DNA of 64,000 nucleotides from a virus, in IMG/VR virus record IMGVR_UViG_3300030116_004255, positions 1 to 64,000 of that record. One strand, given 5' to 3'. Both the position numbers and the translations under genes were made by a program. Numbering within the stretch: the first letter of the stretch is position 1; each line of letters starts with the position of its first letter. Positions 40,809 through 50,655 of this stretch are shown in pieces. The notes under the pieces are model-generated. The model was given only the letters and a program-made list of their open reading frames with translations. It searched no databases and was not told where the DNA came from.

Positions 40809-40871
40809 TTATCTCTTTTTAGGTCTTTTACCCATAGGCTTTTTTTTCTTTGGCTTATTATGATAAGGCAT
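40809..40871 (-). CDS. 20-aa highly basic micropeptide
   Basis: MPYHNKPKKKKPMGKRPKKR with GAAAGGAA RBS. Confidence 0.5.
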   Translation of the reverse strand: MPYHNKPKKKKPMGKRPKKR

Positions 40872-40959
40872 AATATTCCTTTCTGTCGTGGTAGGTGGCT
40901 AAGTATGCCCTTACTTTATATCGCTTTGAAACCTACCGATTGTATACAATCTAAAAAAA

Positions 40960-40988
40960 TATAGGGGCTATTGCTAACCCCTATATTT
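40960..40988 (-). terminator. Intrinsic terminator after the capsid gene
   Basis: ATAGGGG...CCCCTAT stem with a T-tract on the minus strand. Confidence 0.7.
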
Positions 40989-41002
40989 AAAGTTAAATGC
41001 TA

Positions 41003-42244
41003 TTAAGCACTTGTGATCTTGTGGAAAGCCTCTTGTCTGTAAACAGGGAATCCAACGCGCATTGTAGCTCTGATCACCATGATGTTCTTTGTAAAGTTTT
41101 CACCGTGGGAATCGCTAACTGCGACATCAATACCTTGCCTCATTACGACATGAGCTGCTTCACCGCCACCGAACTTACCAACTAGGATAGTTCCTTCAGA
41201 GATTGCAGTTGTTGGAACAACTTTTAATCCCCAAAGTTGGTTAGCTACTGCACCAGCGTATCCGCCTGCGGATGTGAACACTGGAGCTTTTGCTGCATAA
41301 CCAGCAGATGATGTGCCAGCAAAATCTTCGTCTAATTGAAGAACGATTTGTGACCAATCATTTGGGTGGATTACGATAGCATCTGGCTCTGTGAAAGCAT
41401 TTACTCTAATATCTGTAATTGCTCCATAGATTGCGCCAATTCTACCAAGTCCGCCTGCATAAGATCCATAAGCAGTAGATCCAACATTGGATTTTCCTGC
41501 GTCTAATAGACCTTCTAGGTTAGGTGATGTACCATCACCAGCAATAAGCTGACCGTCTAGTCTTAATCTCATCATGGTTTGTAGTCTAGAGTTCAAATAT
41601 GATTCTAAACCGCTAACATCTTGCATCAACTCATCTGTGACTGGAATGTTAACACCAAGTTTTGAGATTGTGGCTGTTCTCTCGGTGAATGCTAATGCTG
41701 CTTCTCCAACTGCTGCTGCTTCTGCGGCTTCAGCTGCGTTATTTGTGAAAGTAGTTTCTTCCAAATATACGAAAGCATTTTGATCTGTTTGAATTTGATC
41801 AAACAAGTTAATTACTGCATTAGGATCACGAAGAGCTGTTTCTAAAATACCAGGTTGTCTTAATGACTCTGGTGGGTATCCTGTTGTAGTTAAGTTTGTT
41901 TTTAACTCAAAAGGAACTGTGGATTGAATATTCTTCGCACCATTTTCGACATAGCTTTTGTAAGCTGCTGATTTCATAACCTCAGCACCGAAAGATCCAA
42001 CTTTTGGCTCTTCTGATGGGTTAGGAACAGATGCTACTGCATTATCAGAAAGATCTAATTTAGATTTAGCTTCAGCTACTTTTAAATCATCTCTTAAAGA
42101 TGCAAGTTCTTCATTTCTGTCAATGATTGCTTGCTTTTGCTCAGGGGTAGCACCACCTTCTTGACCTTTAACTTCGTCAAAAAGATTTTTTAATTCACCA
42201 GACTTTTGCGCTATATCATCACGAGTTTTTACAACTTCGCTCAT
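41003..42244 (-). CDS. Major capsid protein (HK97 fold, N-terminal delta domain)
   Basis: VTDELMQD, QLIAGDGTSPNLEGL, IVIHPNDW, LWGLKVV and FTKNIMVIRATMR. Confidence 0.95.
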   Translation of the reverse strand: MSEVVKTRDDIAQKSGELKNLFDEVKGQEGGATPEQKQAIIDRNEELASLRDDLKVAEAKSKLDLSDNAVASVPNPSEEPKVGSFGAEVMKSAAYKSYVENGAKNIQSTVPFELKTNLTTTGYPPESLRQPGILETALRDPNAVINLFDQIQTDQNAFVYLEETTFTNNAAEAAEAAAVGEAALAFTERTATISKLGVNIPVTDELMQDVSGLESYLNSRLQTMMRLRLDGQLIAGDGTSPNLEGLLDAGKSNVGSTAYGSYAGGLGRIGAIYGAITDIRVNAFTEPDAIVIHPNDWSQIVLQLDEDFAGTSSAGYAAKAPVFTSAGGYAGAVANQLWGLKVVPTTAISEGTILVGKFGGGEAAHVVMRQGIDVAVSDSHGENFTKNIMVIRATMRVGFPVYRQEAFHKITSA

Positions 42245-42249
42245 AATAT

Positions 42250-43740
42250 TTACTCCTCAATAATCTCGTTATCTTGTACTTCTACATCGACTAATATTGA
42301 GTCTGTTAAGATTTCTTGTGATTCAAGCCATAGCTTGTCCAACTCGTCATCTAGGACTTCTTCTGTTGGTAATTCAGCTTCGTCAATAGGATCTTCCTCT
42401 GTTCTTTCGTCCCCTGTGTCTACTTCTGGTTCAGGATCTGCCACAACGGTTTCTACTTCAGCTTGCGCCTCAACAGTTTCCTCTGCTTTAGGTTCTTCCT
42501 CAGTTGTATCTACTGGTTCTGTTTGAACTTCGGTTTCCTCGACTTCTACTTCATTTACAACTTCTGCTGTTTCTGACAAATCGCCCTCACTTCCAAATTC
42601 ATCTACGAATTTATCTATTTCCGCAAAAGCGTCTGAAACGCTTTCTTGGACTGCTCTGAGAGCTTCTGTCGCTGAAACTCCCAACTTCCTACCATTCTTT
42701 TGCCTGAGTTCCCCAATGGATTGAACTCTGGCCACTAGGCTATTCAATGCAGCAAGCACATCTTTTACCTCATCAGAAAATCGCTTACCTTGCACGCTGG
42801 CACGATCTTCTAAAACCTCTTCGCCTTTTACTACTGACATTTTTTTTGCTATTTCATTTAACAGATCTAGCGAGTCTTGATCTGTTGGTACTTCTTTGAG
42901 TATGTCTTTCATATTCAAAGCTATGTCATTTAAAACTTCCATAGCTTTTTTGGTTTTACCCATTACTTTGTCATAGTCTTCGTGTGTAGCACACGGCATA
43001 TAAAAAATTTGTCCATCTGCGTCATGAGTATGTGATCCACTGCAACCTAATTGTTTAGCACGATCTTCAGCTTCTTCTGCTGACATATACATATCGCCAG
43101 TAGGTTTTGCTTTTTCTTCTTTCATACCCTCTTTAGCACATTTACCTGTCTTGTCGTAATCACACTCACCATATCCTTTTTCTTCCTCTTCAGGATCTTC
43201 TTTTTGGATACTGTCGTGTGATAAAACACCTTTTTGATCTGTATCATCTTTTTGACTTTTTATAGCCATAGTAAATGTTTCTTGATTAGCACCGACTAAT
43301 ACTGGGCTTACTTCATAAACGCTTAGATCTTTTAAGTATCTAACATCTTGTTCTTCGTCATTTGCACTTTTAGCAAACTTACCATATTCACTGTCATTTA
43401 CTCTAAAACCAAATGACCATTGTTGTAGATTACCCATATTCTTGACGAGCTTGTAGGCCTCTGCACCAGACTCGGTGTCCATAAAAAATTCACCGTCAAA
43501 AATTGCTTTCTCTTCGTCTTTTACAATTTTACCTTTACCGATTGGTTTATCCCATTGGTGCGCCCAGACCATTGGTACTGTTTCTGATTCTTTATCAAAG
43601 CCTGATTTGATAGCTTGTGGTAATACAACATCGCCATCTGTATCAATGTCGTTGAACAGTGAGAATACTGCTGCAACCTTTCCTTTTTCCTCGTCACCTT
43701 CTTTAAATTCTACTTGTATTTTTTTATACTCGTCTGACAT
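42250..43740 (-). CDS. Prohead protease fused to acidic scaffold-like extension
   Basis: IDTDGDVV, MVWAHQWDKPIG, WSFGF and YEVSPVLVGAN. Confidence 0.9.
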   Translation of the reverse strand: MSDEYKKIQVEFKEGDEEKGKVAAVFSLFNDIDTDGDVVLPQAIKSGFDKESETVPMVWAHQWDKPIGKGKIVKDEEKAIFDGEFFMDTESGAEAYKLVKNMGNLQQWSFGFRVNDSEYGKFAKSANDEEQDVRYLKDLSVYEVSPVLVGANQETFTMAIKSQKDDTDQKGVLSHDSIQKEDPEEEEKGYGECDYDKTGKCAKEGMKEEKAKPTGDMYMSAEEAEDRAKQLGCSGSHTHDADGQIFYMPCATHEDYDKVMGKTKKAMEVLNDIALNMKDILKEVPTDQDSLDLLNEIAKKMSVVKGEEVLEDRASVQGKRFSDEVKDVLAALNSLVARVQSIGELRQKNGRKLGVSATEALRAVQESVSDAFAEIDKFVDEFGSEGDLSETAEVVNEVEVEETEVQTEPVDTTEEEPKAEETVEAQAEVETVVADPEPEVDTGDERTEEDPIDEAELPTEEVLDDELDKLWLESQEILTDSILVDVEVQDNEIIEE

Positions 43741-43860
43741 AGCATTTAACTCCAATTCAAAAATATATTTTCTATCGCTATTATGCAATATTAACTAAAA
43801 ATTTTTTACTTTTGTGTATTTACGATAGCCAACAGTAAATACTCAAATGTTGCATACTAG

Positions 43861-43869
43861 TGGTATAAT
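43861..43869 (+). promoter_or_regulatory. Extended -10 promoter (TGGTATAAT) for a leaderless plus-strand pair
   Basis: TGnTATAAT ends 5 nt before the ATG at 43875. Confidence 0.6.
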
Positions 43870-43874
43870 TGCCT

Positions 43875-44114
43875 ATGGACGATATATTAGTGATTGCGAC
43901 ACTTCATATCTCCTCTGGAAGTTTCCAGATGACTGTAAAGTCTGACAAGACTGCGACTGCGGAAATTTTCGGTGAATTAATCACATTAAAAATGATTAAT
44001 AATAAAATAGAAATATCAGACAAGTTCAGCGCTAGTCAATTTAAAGGCGGTGCTGAAGAAAGAGATGAATTAATCAAATGGCTGAAACAAACAATGAAAG
44101 AAGCGCTAGCATAG
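43875..44114 (+). CDS. Hypothetical protein (counter-oriented insert)
   Basis: Occupies the portal-protease gap. Confidence 0.6.
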   Translation: MDDILVIATLHISSGSFQMTVKSDKTATAEIFGELITLKMINNKIEISDKFSASQFKGGAEERDELIKWLKQTMKEALA

Positions 44115-44308
44115 ATAGTTCAAATGACAACTTTGCTCTTTTTATGGACGCTATATCAGTATCAGATCGATCCAACAGAAATAAAATTATAACTGATTGG
44201 TTGGCTGTTTTATCTGCATCTGATCAAGATAGATTAGTTAACAAACTAAAAAATCGTGGTATTGAATATCAACCAAAAGAAAATTCTAGATTTTTTGAAA
44301 ATTCTTAA
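44078..44308 (+). CDS. Hypothetical protein (counter-oriented insert)
   Basis: Overlaps the previous gene and converges on the portal stop. Confidence 0.6.
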   Translation: MAETNNERSASIDSSNDNFALFMDAISVSDRSNRNKIITDWLAVLSASDQDRLVNKLKNRGIEYQPKENSRFFENS

Positions 44309-46932
44309 TTTCTGAAGTCTTTAATTTTTCTTAATTTAGATATTGGTTGAGTGACTGACCTGTCAGTTTTCTTATGTGATCCATCTTCCATAATAGCCCA
44401 CACAACCATAGTGGCTTCGTTATCAGTGTTATTTACTGAACTAACTATTCCGTGAACAGTTGATGGCGGATCAGGATCTTTATTTATTGACCAAGAAACA
44501 GCATCTCCCACTTTTACTGAATCTGCTTTTTCAGATCTAGCTGAGTTCATTTCTACTTCTGATAAGGCCTCGGCCTCTTCAGTAGATACATTTATTTCCT
44601 CAATAACATCAAAAGCATTTTTCTTAGAACTTAGTGGATGACTGCTAGGTAGTAAATCAGTATCGTATGGTTTTCTTTTAAACTTACCTGTTCTTAAAGC
44701 TCTTAATAGGCCATTCACTCTGGCCATTGCCCACTGGGCTGGACCTGCAACATTACCTCTTACTGATCCAGGGTTATTTTGATACGCTGCTAAACCTCTG
44801 TTATAACAAGCAGTCAACATTCTTAAAGTTGCTCTATGTCTAGGATTTTTAGCGTTATGATCGTCTACTTTTTTCTGCAATGCTTTTCTTGTTGCTGCAC
44901 TAAGAGCTTTAGCTTCTATTTCATCTAGTAAAGCCTCTTGTATCTTTCTTCTTTCACGAATAACTTTTTTGTATTCGTTAACTGTTTTTTTCATAGCACT
45001 AACACCAGTTTTTGTAGTACCGCCCCATTTCATTACAGCAATGTATCCATTTAGTTTTGTATTACCAGAGTGTCTGGCCATAAAACTTTCACGCCTTTTA
45101 ACCCAGTTCAATACTGATTCTGATCTATCGCCAGATCTGTATTTTGTCCACCTGTTGAAAGCATCATTACCAGTAAAAGAGGTTGGTGGATTACCACCTG
45201 TACCAGCTCTACGCCAGATTTCAGGCCAGTTCTCTTTAAGATCTTTTACATAGTTATAATCTGGAAATTGTTTAAATTTGCTATTACTAATCGATATAGT
45301 TTGGTTATCTCCAGAACTTGGAAAGTTTGTTTTCTTTGGTGCTTTACCTTCTTTTTTCATACGACCTAAAGCGTTTCTTGCTTGATCTTCATTTTCATAA
45401 CATTTAATTACTTCGTTAGTATCGTGATCTAATATACACCAAGCACCATTAGGCATTTCAGCAACATACTTTTCCTCATTCAATTCAGTAGGTTTTGGTT
45501 TTAAAATTTGTGATCTAATTGACTCAACATCAACAGAAATAGTTGTCATAACTTTTTCTTTAAGTTCTTGCATATCATTTCTTAGTTTCGCTACTTCTTC
45601 CTCTGTTGTGATTTCTGGTTGTTCTGTTTCCTCAACAGGTTTAGCGTCTATTGATCTTTCAACCATATTCATAGGTCTTAAATATATATCGTGTGTTTCA
45701 TCTGAATTAAGGCCTGCTTGTTTTCTGGCCTCTCCGATTGTGATCCAACCACCCTGAACAGCAGTATTCATTCTTTTATAAATATCATCTTTGTCTTGTG
45801 ATAAAGCCCTTACATCTTCTAAATTGTAATTTACATACATACCCTCAGCGTCATAATCTTTTCTAAGAAGTTGATGTGTTAACTCTGACGCAACTGATTT
45901 CCATAAAGGTACTAATTTTTGTTCTGTAAAAAATTCTCTAAGTTCTCTGGTGTTGTTATAAGTAGCTGCGTCCAAACCAGCACCTAAACCTGCAAGAATA
46001 GCTGGGACACCAAGAACTGCTGATACTCTTTCTTCTGGTAATTTTCTTAACTCTGTTAAATTCATTTGATCAGGTGAGAAAGATACGACTTCTACATTCA
46101 TAGATCCAGATAAGACCATAGGTGCGCCACGATTTTTTCCGCCAAACTTTTGTTTGTACATAGCGGATATTGCTTCGGCCTCTTCTTTTGAGGGTCCGCC
46201 CATTGAGTCATCTTTTGGTGAGAGGATGACACCTGGTACAGCCATGTTATGTAAGAGTGCTGCTGCATACTGTCCTGCGGCCTCGTCACCTAAAATTTCT
46301 CTTAATACAGATTTTAGAGGAGCAAAGCCTCGCCTATGGTTATTTGGATCAATTCCGTTTCGGATATGCACTATATCATTGGTTGGAACGACTATACTAT
46401 TACCCCCAAGTCCACCGTGAGGTGCATACTTGAAGTGAGTTATTAAAGTATCTTCATTACCTTTTGGTTCAACTAAGTTAGGCATCAAAGGAACTAGCTG
46501 TACCACATTTCCATCTGAGTTTCGGTTTTTATATAAAAAAGCATCTCCATAAGCAGATAAAGCAACAACTATGTAATGTGCTAATAGGTTTCCAGAAGTA
46601 AAAGGATTTGGCCTATCAAGTAGTTTTGATAAAGGGTGTTGTTTGACTACTTCTTGATCTCCATCTTCTTGATCAGTTAAAACTCTTATTCTTGGTTCTG
46701 CAAAAGAAGTTGCTAAAACATTTAAACAAGCGACTACTGCTGAGTTATTAGATCCATCACCAATATCATCTAATTGTGAAACAGGCCAATAACCTGAGTC
46801 TGTATTATATCCGTAAACCGCTCTGTCTAAACTTGTTTGTTGATTGTATCTACTGTATTTTTGTTCTTGTCTTTTCGTAGGTGCGTTTAAATAATCTACT
46901 ACTCTTCTGTACCTCGATTTATTCTCAGCCAT
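44305..46932 (-). CDS. Portal protein (HK97 family) with ~440-aa multi-domain C-terminal extension
   Basis: VVACLNVLA, IVHIR, PGVIL, GVPAILAG, ATYNN and ITIGEARK in the N-terminal half. Confidence 0.92.
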   Translation of the reverse strand: MAENKSRYRRVVDYLNAPTKRQEQKYSRYNQQTSLDRAVYGYNTDSGYWPVSQLDDIGDGSNNSAVVACLNVLATSFAEPRIRVLTDQEDGDQEVVKQHPLSKLLDRPNPFTSGNLLAHYIVVALSAYGDAFLYKNRNSDGNVVQLVPLMPNLVEPKGNEDTLITHFKYAPHGGLGGNSIVVPTNDIVHIRNGIDPNNHRRGFAPLKSVLREILGDEAAGQYAAALLHNMAVPGVILSPKDDSMGGPSKEEAEAISAMYKQKFGGKNRGAPMVLSGSMNVEVVSFSPDQMNLTELRKLPEERVSAVLGVPAILAGLGAGLDAATYNNTRELREFFTEQKLVPLWKSVASELTHQLLRKDYDAEGMYVNYNLEDVRALSQDKDDIYKRMNTAVQGGWITIGEARKQAGLNSDETHDIYLRPMNMVERSIDAKPVEETEQPEITTEEEVAKLRNDMQELKEKVMTTISVDVESIRSQILKPKPTELNEEKYVAEMPNGAWCILDHDTNEVIKCYENEDQARNALGRMKKEGKAPKKTNFPSSGDNQTISISNSKFKQFPDYNYVKDLKENWPEIWRRAGTGGNPPTSFTGNDAFNRWTKYRSGDRSESVLNWVKRRESFMARHSGNTKLNGYIAVMKWGGTTKTGVSAMKKTVNEYKKVIRERRKIQEALLDEIEAKALSAATRKALQKKVDDHNAKNPRHRATLRMLTACYNRGLAAYQNNPGSVRGNVAGPAQWAMARVNGLLRALRTGKFKRKPYDTDLLPSSHPLSSKKNAFDVIEEINVSTEEAEALSEVEMNSARSEKADSVKVGDAVSWSINKDPDPPSTVHGIVSSVNNTDNEATMVVWAIMEDGSHKKTDRSVTQPISKLRKIKDFRN

Positions 46933-48177
46933 TTAGTAAGCACTCCATTCTCGTCTTATTTGTGCGCTTATAATTCCATATCCTATTGCGTCTACAATGT
47001 CATCATGATGACCTACTGGAAATGTCATTAATTCTCTTTCCACTTCCACTAACCAAGTAGCGCCCTGTCTGAAATAAACATCTCCAGCTTCCATACGAGC
47101 AGCTAGAGGTAAAGCTCTTGAAACTTTATCTTTATCTGCACGCAACTCTTTAACGGCTAGTCCATCTCGTTTCGCAAACTGAATAAGCGAAAGCTGGAAA
47201 CCTGCTCGTTCCATACCAACCCATTGTAAATCATATTCTGCCATTTTTTGTCTTATTCGAGGTATTATGTCAGGAGCTTCCATACGCTTTCGATCAACAT
47301 CTAAGACTAAAATTTTACCTTTTGGTGTTATTGCAAAGCTAGCTATTACTGTATAATCAGCACCTTTTTCGACAGAAGTAGCTAAGTCAACTGTGCAAAA
47401 TCTAGTACATTCGTATAGATCTATGTTTTCACCACTAGCAAAAAACATACCATTTTTTTCTTTAAAGTACCTTAACCACTCTGGTTGTAGTATTCCCTGT
47501 CCTGCTTCTACAAATTCAGCTAAATATTCTTGTGCAAAAACTATTGATCCTACTTCGTCTTTGGCCTTTTCAACCTCTTCTCTTTCAATAAAAGGATTAT
47601 CCCAAGTAGCAAATTGGAATCTTTCCCAATCAGGTTTATCTTGTGCAAACTCCCATAATTCATAAAACCAATTATTCATACCCATAGGTGTACTAATAAA
47701 TAAAGCTGATCCTCTTCTTTCAGTTAAAGTAGGCCTTAACACCTGGTGCCATACATCTGGTTTTACGAAAGCAGCCTCGTCCATTACTAAGAAATCCAAA
47801 CCCTCACCTCGAAGTCTATGTGGTGTATCTGCTGATCTTACTGCTATTGATCCACCGCCAGGAAACTTAACTTCCATATTAACTAACGATATTTCTGGCT
47901 CTATTGCTTCTGGAAAAGATCTTGCTGCCTCTAAAATATCACGCCAACCAACACGAGCAATAGTATAAGTTGGTGCAACCCACCAAGCTCTTTTACCAGC
48001 TAAAGCAATTTGTAAGCATAATTGGACACCAAGTCTTGATTTTCCAAATCGTCTACCAGCACATAAAATTTTCCAACGAGCATCGCTTTCTGTGACTTTT
48101 AGTTGAGCCTCGTGTAGTGGTGGTAGTTTAGCAATGGCTTTTCTACCATCTTTCATCTTTACTTGTGTTTCCATCAA
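46933..48177 (-). CDS. terL: Terminase large subunit
   Basis: AGRRFGKS Walker A, LVMDEAA Walker B, ISTP and HDDIVDA nuclease motif. Confidence 0.95.
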   Translation of the reverse strand: MMETQVKMKDGRKAIAKLPPLHEAQLKVTESDARWKILCAGRRFGKSRLGVQLCLQIALAGKRAWWVAPTYTIARVGWRDILEAARSFPEAIEPEISLVNMEVKFPGGGSIAVRSADTPHRLRGEGLDFLVMDEAAFVKPDVWHQVLRPTLTERRGSALFISTPMGMNNWFYELWEFAQDKPDWERFQFATWDNPFIEREEVEKAKDEVGSIVFAQEYLAEFVEAGQGILQPEWLRYFKEKNGMFFASGENIDLYECTRFCTVDLATSVEKGADYTVIASFAITPKGKILVLDVDRKRMEAPDIIPRIRQKMAEYDLQWVGMERAGFQLSLIQFAKRDGLAVKELRADKDKVSRALPLAARMEAGDVYFRQGATWLVEVERELMTFPVGHHDDIVDAIGYGIISAQIRREWSAY

Positions 48178-48192
48178 GTAAAGTATAGCGAT

Positions 48193-49254
48193 TTATTTGA
48201 TCAGAACTAGTATGTAGGCGAAGTCGTCTAATAGTTTCTTATTAGCTATTGCTTCTATTTGATCTTCTCTTGTATATTTCTTTTTAGTATGTGTTGCAAT
48301 AAATTCATTAACGCCAAATTCTGTGCTGTCGTAGATTAAAGAAAATGTATTTTCTAATTTCATAGTTTCAAACTCTGGTGATATAACAATCAGCTTTGAT
48401 CCTGTTTTCATATATTGATTAAAGTTTAAAATATTAGCTTTTAAATAATTTTCTGGATCAACCTCTAAAGAACTATCGTCAACAACATCAAGCATATTTA
48501 AAATTACTACATCGGCTTGGGTTATTTCGTCAGGCCACATTTCATTAACAAAATCAAATTTAGAAACTTTTTTAGTTAGTAAGTTTGGGTTTAGATCATA
48601 ACTAGCAACTTTATAACCCATAGCTAAACCTATGTCGTATGTCACTTGGTACTTATCTGATATATCAATAATTTTTGTATTGTCTGGATCGTCACCAAAA
48701 AAGTAAAGCAAATTTGCAATCATTTGAGGTGGTGTCTTTTTAGTGCTGTCATACCCAAACAATTCATTGTTTATTCCAAATGACCAGTTGTTTGTAGGTT
48801 TGAAGTTTATATTAAGCGTATCAAGATCAACATTTGTATTTGTTGATTCTAATTTTTCTACAATCTTTTGTTTTTTTACAAGTGTCCTCAAAGCCTTAAC
48901 ACTCATTTTTTTATCGTAAGCTGTTTTTAAATATTTGTCTTGATCTTGCTCTTGTAAGGACGCTACTTCTTGATGATGAGAAAAAGTAAGTTCTTTTACT
49001 CTACGCTCTGAAGGTATTTTATTAGCCACATAAGAGGCGGTTGCAAATGTTGAATAAGGAATATCCATATCCAAAGCCTGCGCTGCTAATTCGCCGTACT
49101 TTCTTTCGCCAAAATTCCACCAGTCACCAATCCACCACATTATATTTTGAGTGGCCTGAATTAAATTTTTTCCTATTTCTATCCACTGATCATAAGTTGT
49201 ATCGTCAGCAAATACATAGTAATTAGAATCTCTGTGTGTAGTTATCTCTCCCAT
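48193..49254 (-). CDS. LmbU-like DNA-binding domain fused to a degenerate DNA-MTase-like domain
   Basis: WWIGDWWNFGERKYG...LTFSHHQEVASL; the C-terminal TPPQMIANLL segment lacks FxGxG and DPPY. Confidence 0.55.
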   Translation of the reverse strand: MGEITTHRDSNYYVFADDTTYDQWIEIGKNLIQATQNIMWWIGDWWNFGERKYGELAAQALDMDIPYSTFATASYVANKIPSERRVKELTFSHHQEVASLQEQDQDKYLKTAYDKKMSVKALRTLVKKQKIVEKLESTNTNVDLDTLNINFKPTNNWSFGINNELFGYDSTKKTPPQMIANLLYFFGDDPDNTKIIDISDKYQVTYDIGLAMGYKVASYDLNPNLLTKKVSKFDFVNEMWPDEITQADVVILNMLDVVDDSSLEVDPENYLKANILNFNQYMKTGSKLIVISPEFETMKLENTFSLIYDSTEFGVNEFIATHTKKKYTREDQIEAIANKKLLDDFAYILVLIK

Positions 49255-49349
49255 ACTGTTATTTTACTACCTTTCTGTTATATGCAATTAAATAAAAAAA
49301 ATCTGATAGCCCCTAGACAAACAAAGCAAACTAGGGGATACCAGAAATA

Positions 49350-49673
49350 TCAAACAACTATGTGTTTCTTAAAGCTGTCTTTTATGTTTCCAATATTTAC
49401 ATTAGATCTAACCTCTGCGACAGGTACACCTAACTTGAAAGCAATAAATGTAGGTACAGACTGAATTTGATAATGATTTGCTATCGTTGGATTTTTATCA
49501 ATATCTACTGCAACAAACTCACAATCTTGATCAGCCCAGTCATTAGAAAGATCTTCTACTGCTGGGGTGATTTGTTTGCATGGCTGACACCAATCTGCTT
49601 CAAACTTTACAACGGTGGTTGTGTCCCTAAGAACTGCATTTGTAAAATCTTCACCGTTAACTTTTCGAATCAT
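49350..49673 (-). CDS. trxA: Thioredoxin
   Basis: FEADWCQPCK...VDID...IQSVPTF. Confidence 0.9.
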   Translation of the reverse strand: MIRKVNGEDFTNAVLRDTTTVVKFEADWCQPCKQITPAVEDLSNDWADQDCEFVAVDIDKNPTIANHYQIQSVPTFIAFKLGVPVAEVRSNVNIGNIKDSFKKHIVV

Positions 49674-49722
49674 AGTTTTTTAATAATAACATAATTCAGA
49701 AATAATTAAGTAAAATTTAAAT

Positions 49723-49890
49723 ATGAAAATTAGAACAGTACAAAAAAATTATGCACCAACTCTCAATCGTAAAGCGAGAAGACAGCTAGCAAAAAAGATT
49801 AGAAAAGATTTAAAGATTGAACAATCTAGATCTAAAAAAGGCAAGGCTGAACCTCTCGATTCAGCCGATGATGGGAGGAAGTCGGTTTAG
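49723..49890 (+). CDS. 55-aa basic protein
   Basis: Hand translation MKIRTVQKNYAPTLNRKARRQLAKKIRKD...; TAAAAT just upstream. Confidence 0.5.
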   Translation: MKIRTVQKNYAPTLNRKARRQLAKKIRKDLKIEQSRSKKGKAEPLDSADDGRKSV

Positions 49891-49938
49891 TAGCCGACCT
49901 ATTCACTATACAACATCGGACTTTGATTTTAGGTAAAT

Positions 49939-49968
49939 AAAAAGCAGGTGTCTTGGCACCTGCTCTTT
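49939..49968. terminator. Bidirectional intrinsic terminator
   Basis: AAAAAGCAGGTG-tcttgg-CACCTGCTCTTT. Confidence 0.75.
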
Positions 49969-50046
49969 ATATCAGTATTTCCAGAAAGGCTAGTTTATGG
50001 AAAACCTTACTATGACACTTAGCCATAGACGATTACTTAATATATA

Positions 50047-50244
50047 TTACTTCTCTTCAAATTTTTTGCAAATTCCTAGATACAAATTTACTAGATCATC
50101 TGCGTCTTGAACTAAATTAATTCCTTTGATCCTCATATAATTAAATTGCTTTAACACAACTTCTTTTAGATCAGAATCGCTAATAAGTTCGTCTATTGCA
50201 TCTTCTCTTTTTGTACCTGGCGGAAAATCTGGTATCTCTGCCAT
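50047..50244 (-). CDS. Hypothetical protein
   Basis: Coupled ORF. Confidence 0.6.
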   Translation of the reverse strand: MAEIPDFPPGTKREDAIDELISDSDLKEVVLKQFNYMRIKGINLVQDADDLVNLYLGICKKFEEK

Positions 50245-50483
50245 TATGCTGTCCCTTCTGCTTTTATACCAGTATAGGCTTCATTACTATCTGATAAAGC
50301 TGGTCTTATACTACAAGTAGGGAAATCATCTTTACGATAAACAAAATGTTCTAACATTTGTATTTTAAAATTCTTAAAAGCGTCCTCATCATCTTTACCT
50401 TCAACTGTAAAAACAATTTCATAGTCTAAAATCGGTTCACTCATTTGTTCCCTCAATACTTTTATATTTCTTGTGTATGTCAC
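50244..50483 (-). CDS. Hypothetical protein
   Basis: Coupled ORF; may start at MSEP. Confidence 0.55.
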   Translation of the reverse strand: MTYTRNIKVLREQMSEPILDYEIVFTVEGKDDEDAFKNFKIQMLEHFVYRKDDFPTCSIRPALSDSNEAYTGIKAEGTA

Positions 50484-50646
50484 TATGATACTCTATATTG
50501 CTTTGCATTAAGAGATCATTTTGACTTGTTTGTTTAAAATCAAATATTTTTTGTACTTCTTTTAAAGCATCTGATTCATTATCAGCTTCTATAATGTAAT
50601 CTTCAGTTAATTCAAAACTAACCATTATTTTCATTTTTACTGACAC
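50437..50646 (-). CDS. Hypothetical protein
   Basis: GGGAGG RBS upstream. Confidence 0.55.
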   Translation of the reverse strand: MSVKMKIMVSFELTEDYIIEADNESDALKEVQKIFDFKQTSQNDLLMQSNIEYHSDIHKKYKSIEGTNE

Positions 50647-50655
50647 CTCCCAATA

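Noticed and set aside
17617-47665. Numerous + strand ORFs antisense to structural genes (e.g. 17617, 24249, 34242, 42206)
   Set aside because: Shadow ORFs from codon bias of the minus-strand genes; no RBS or motifs.
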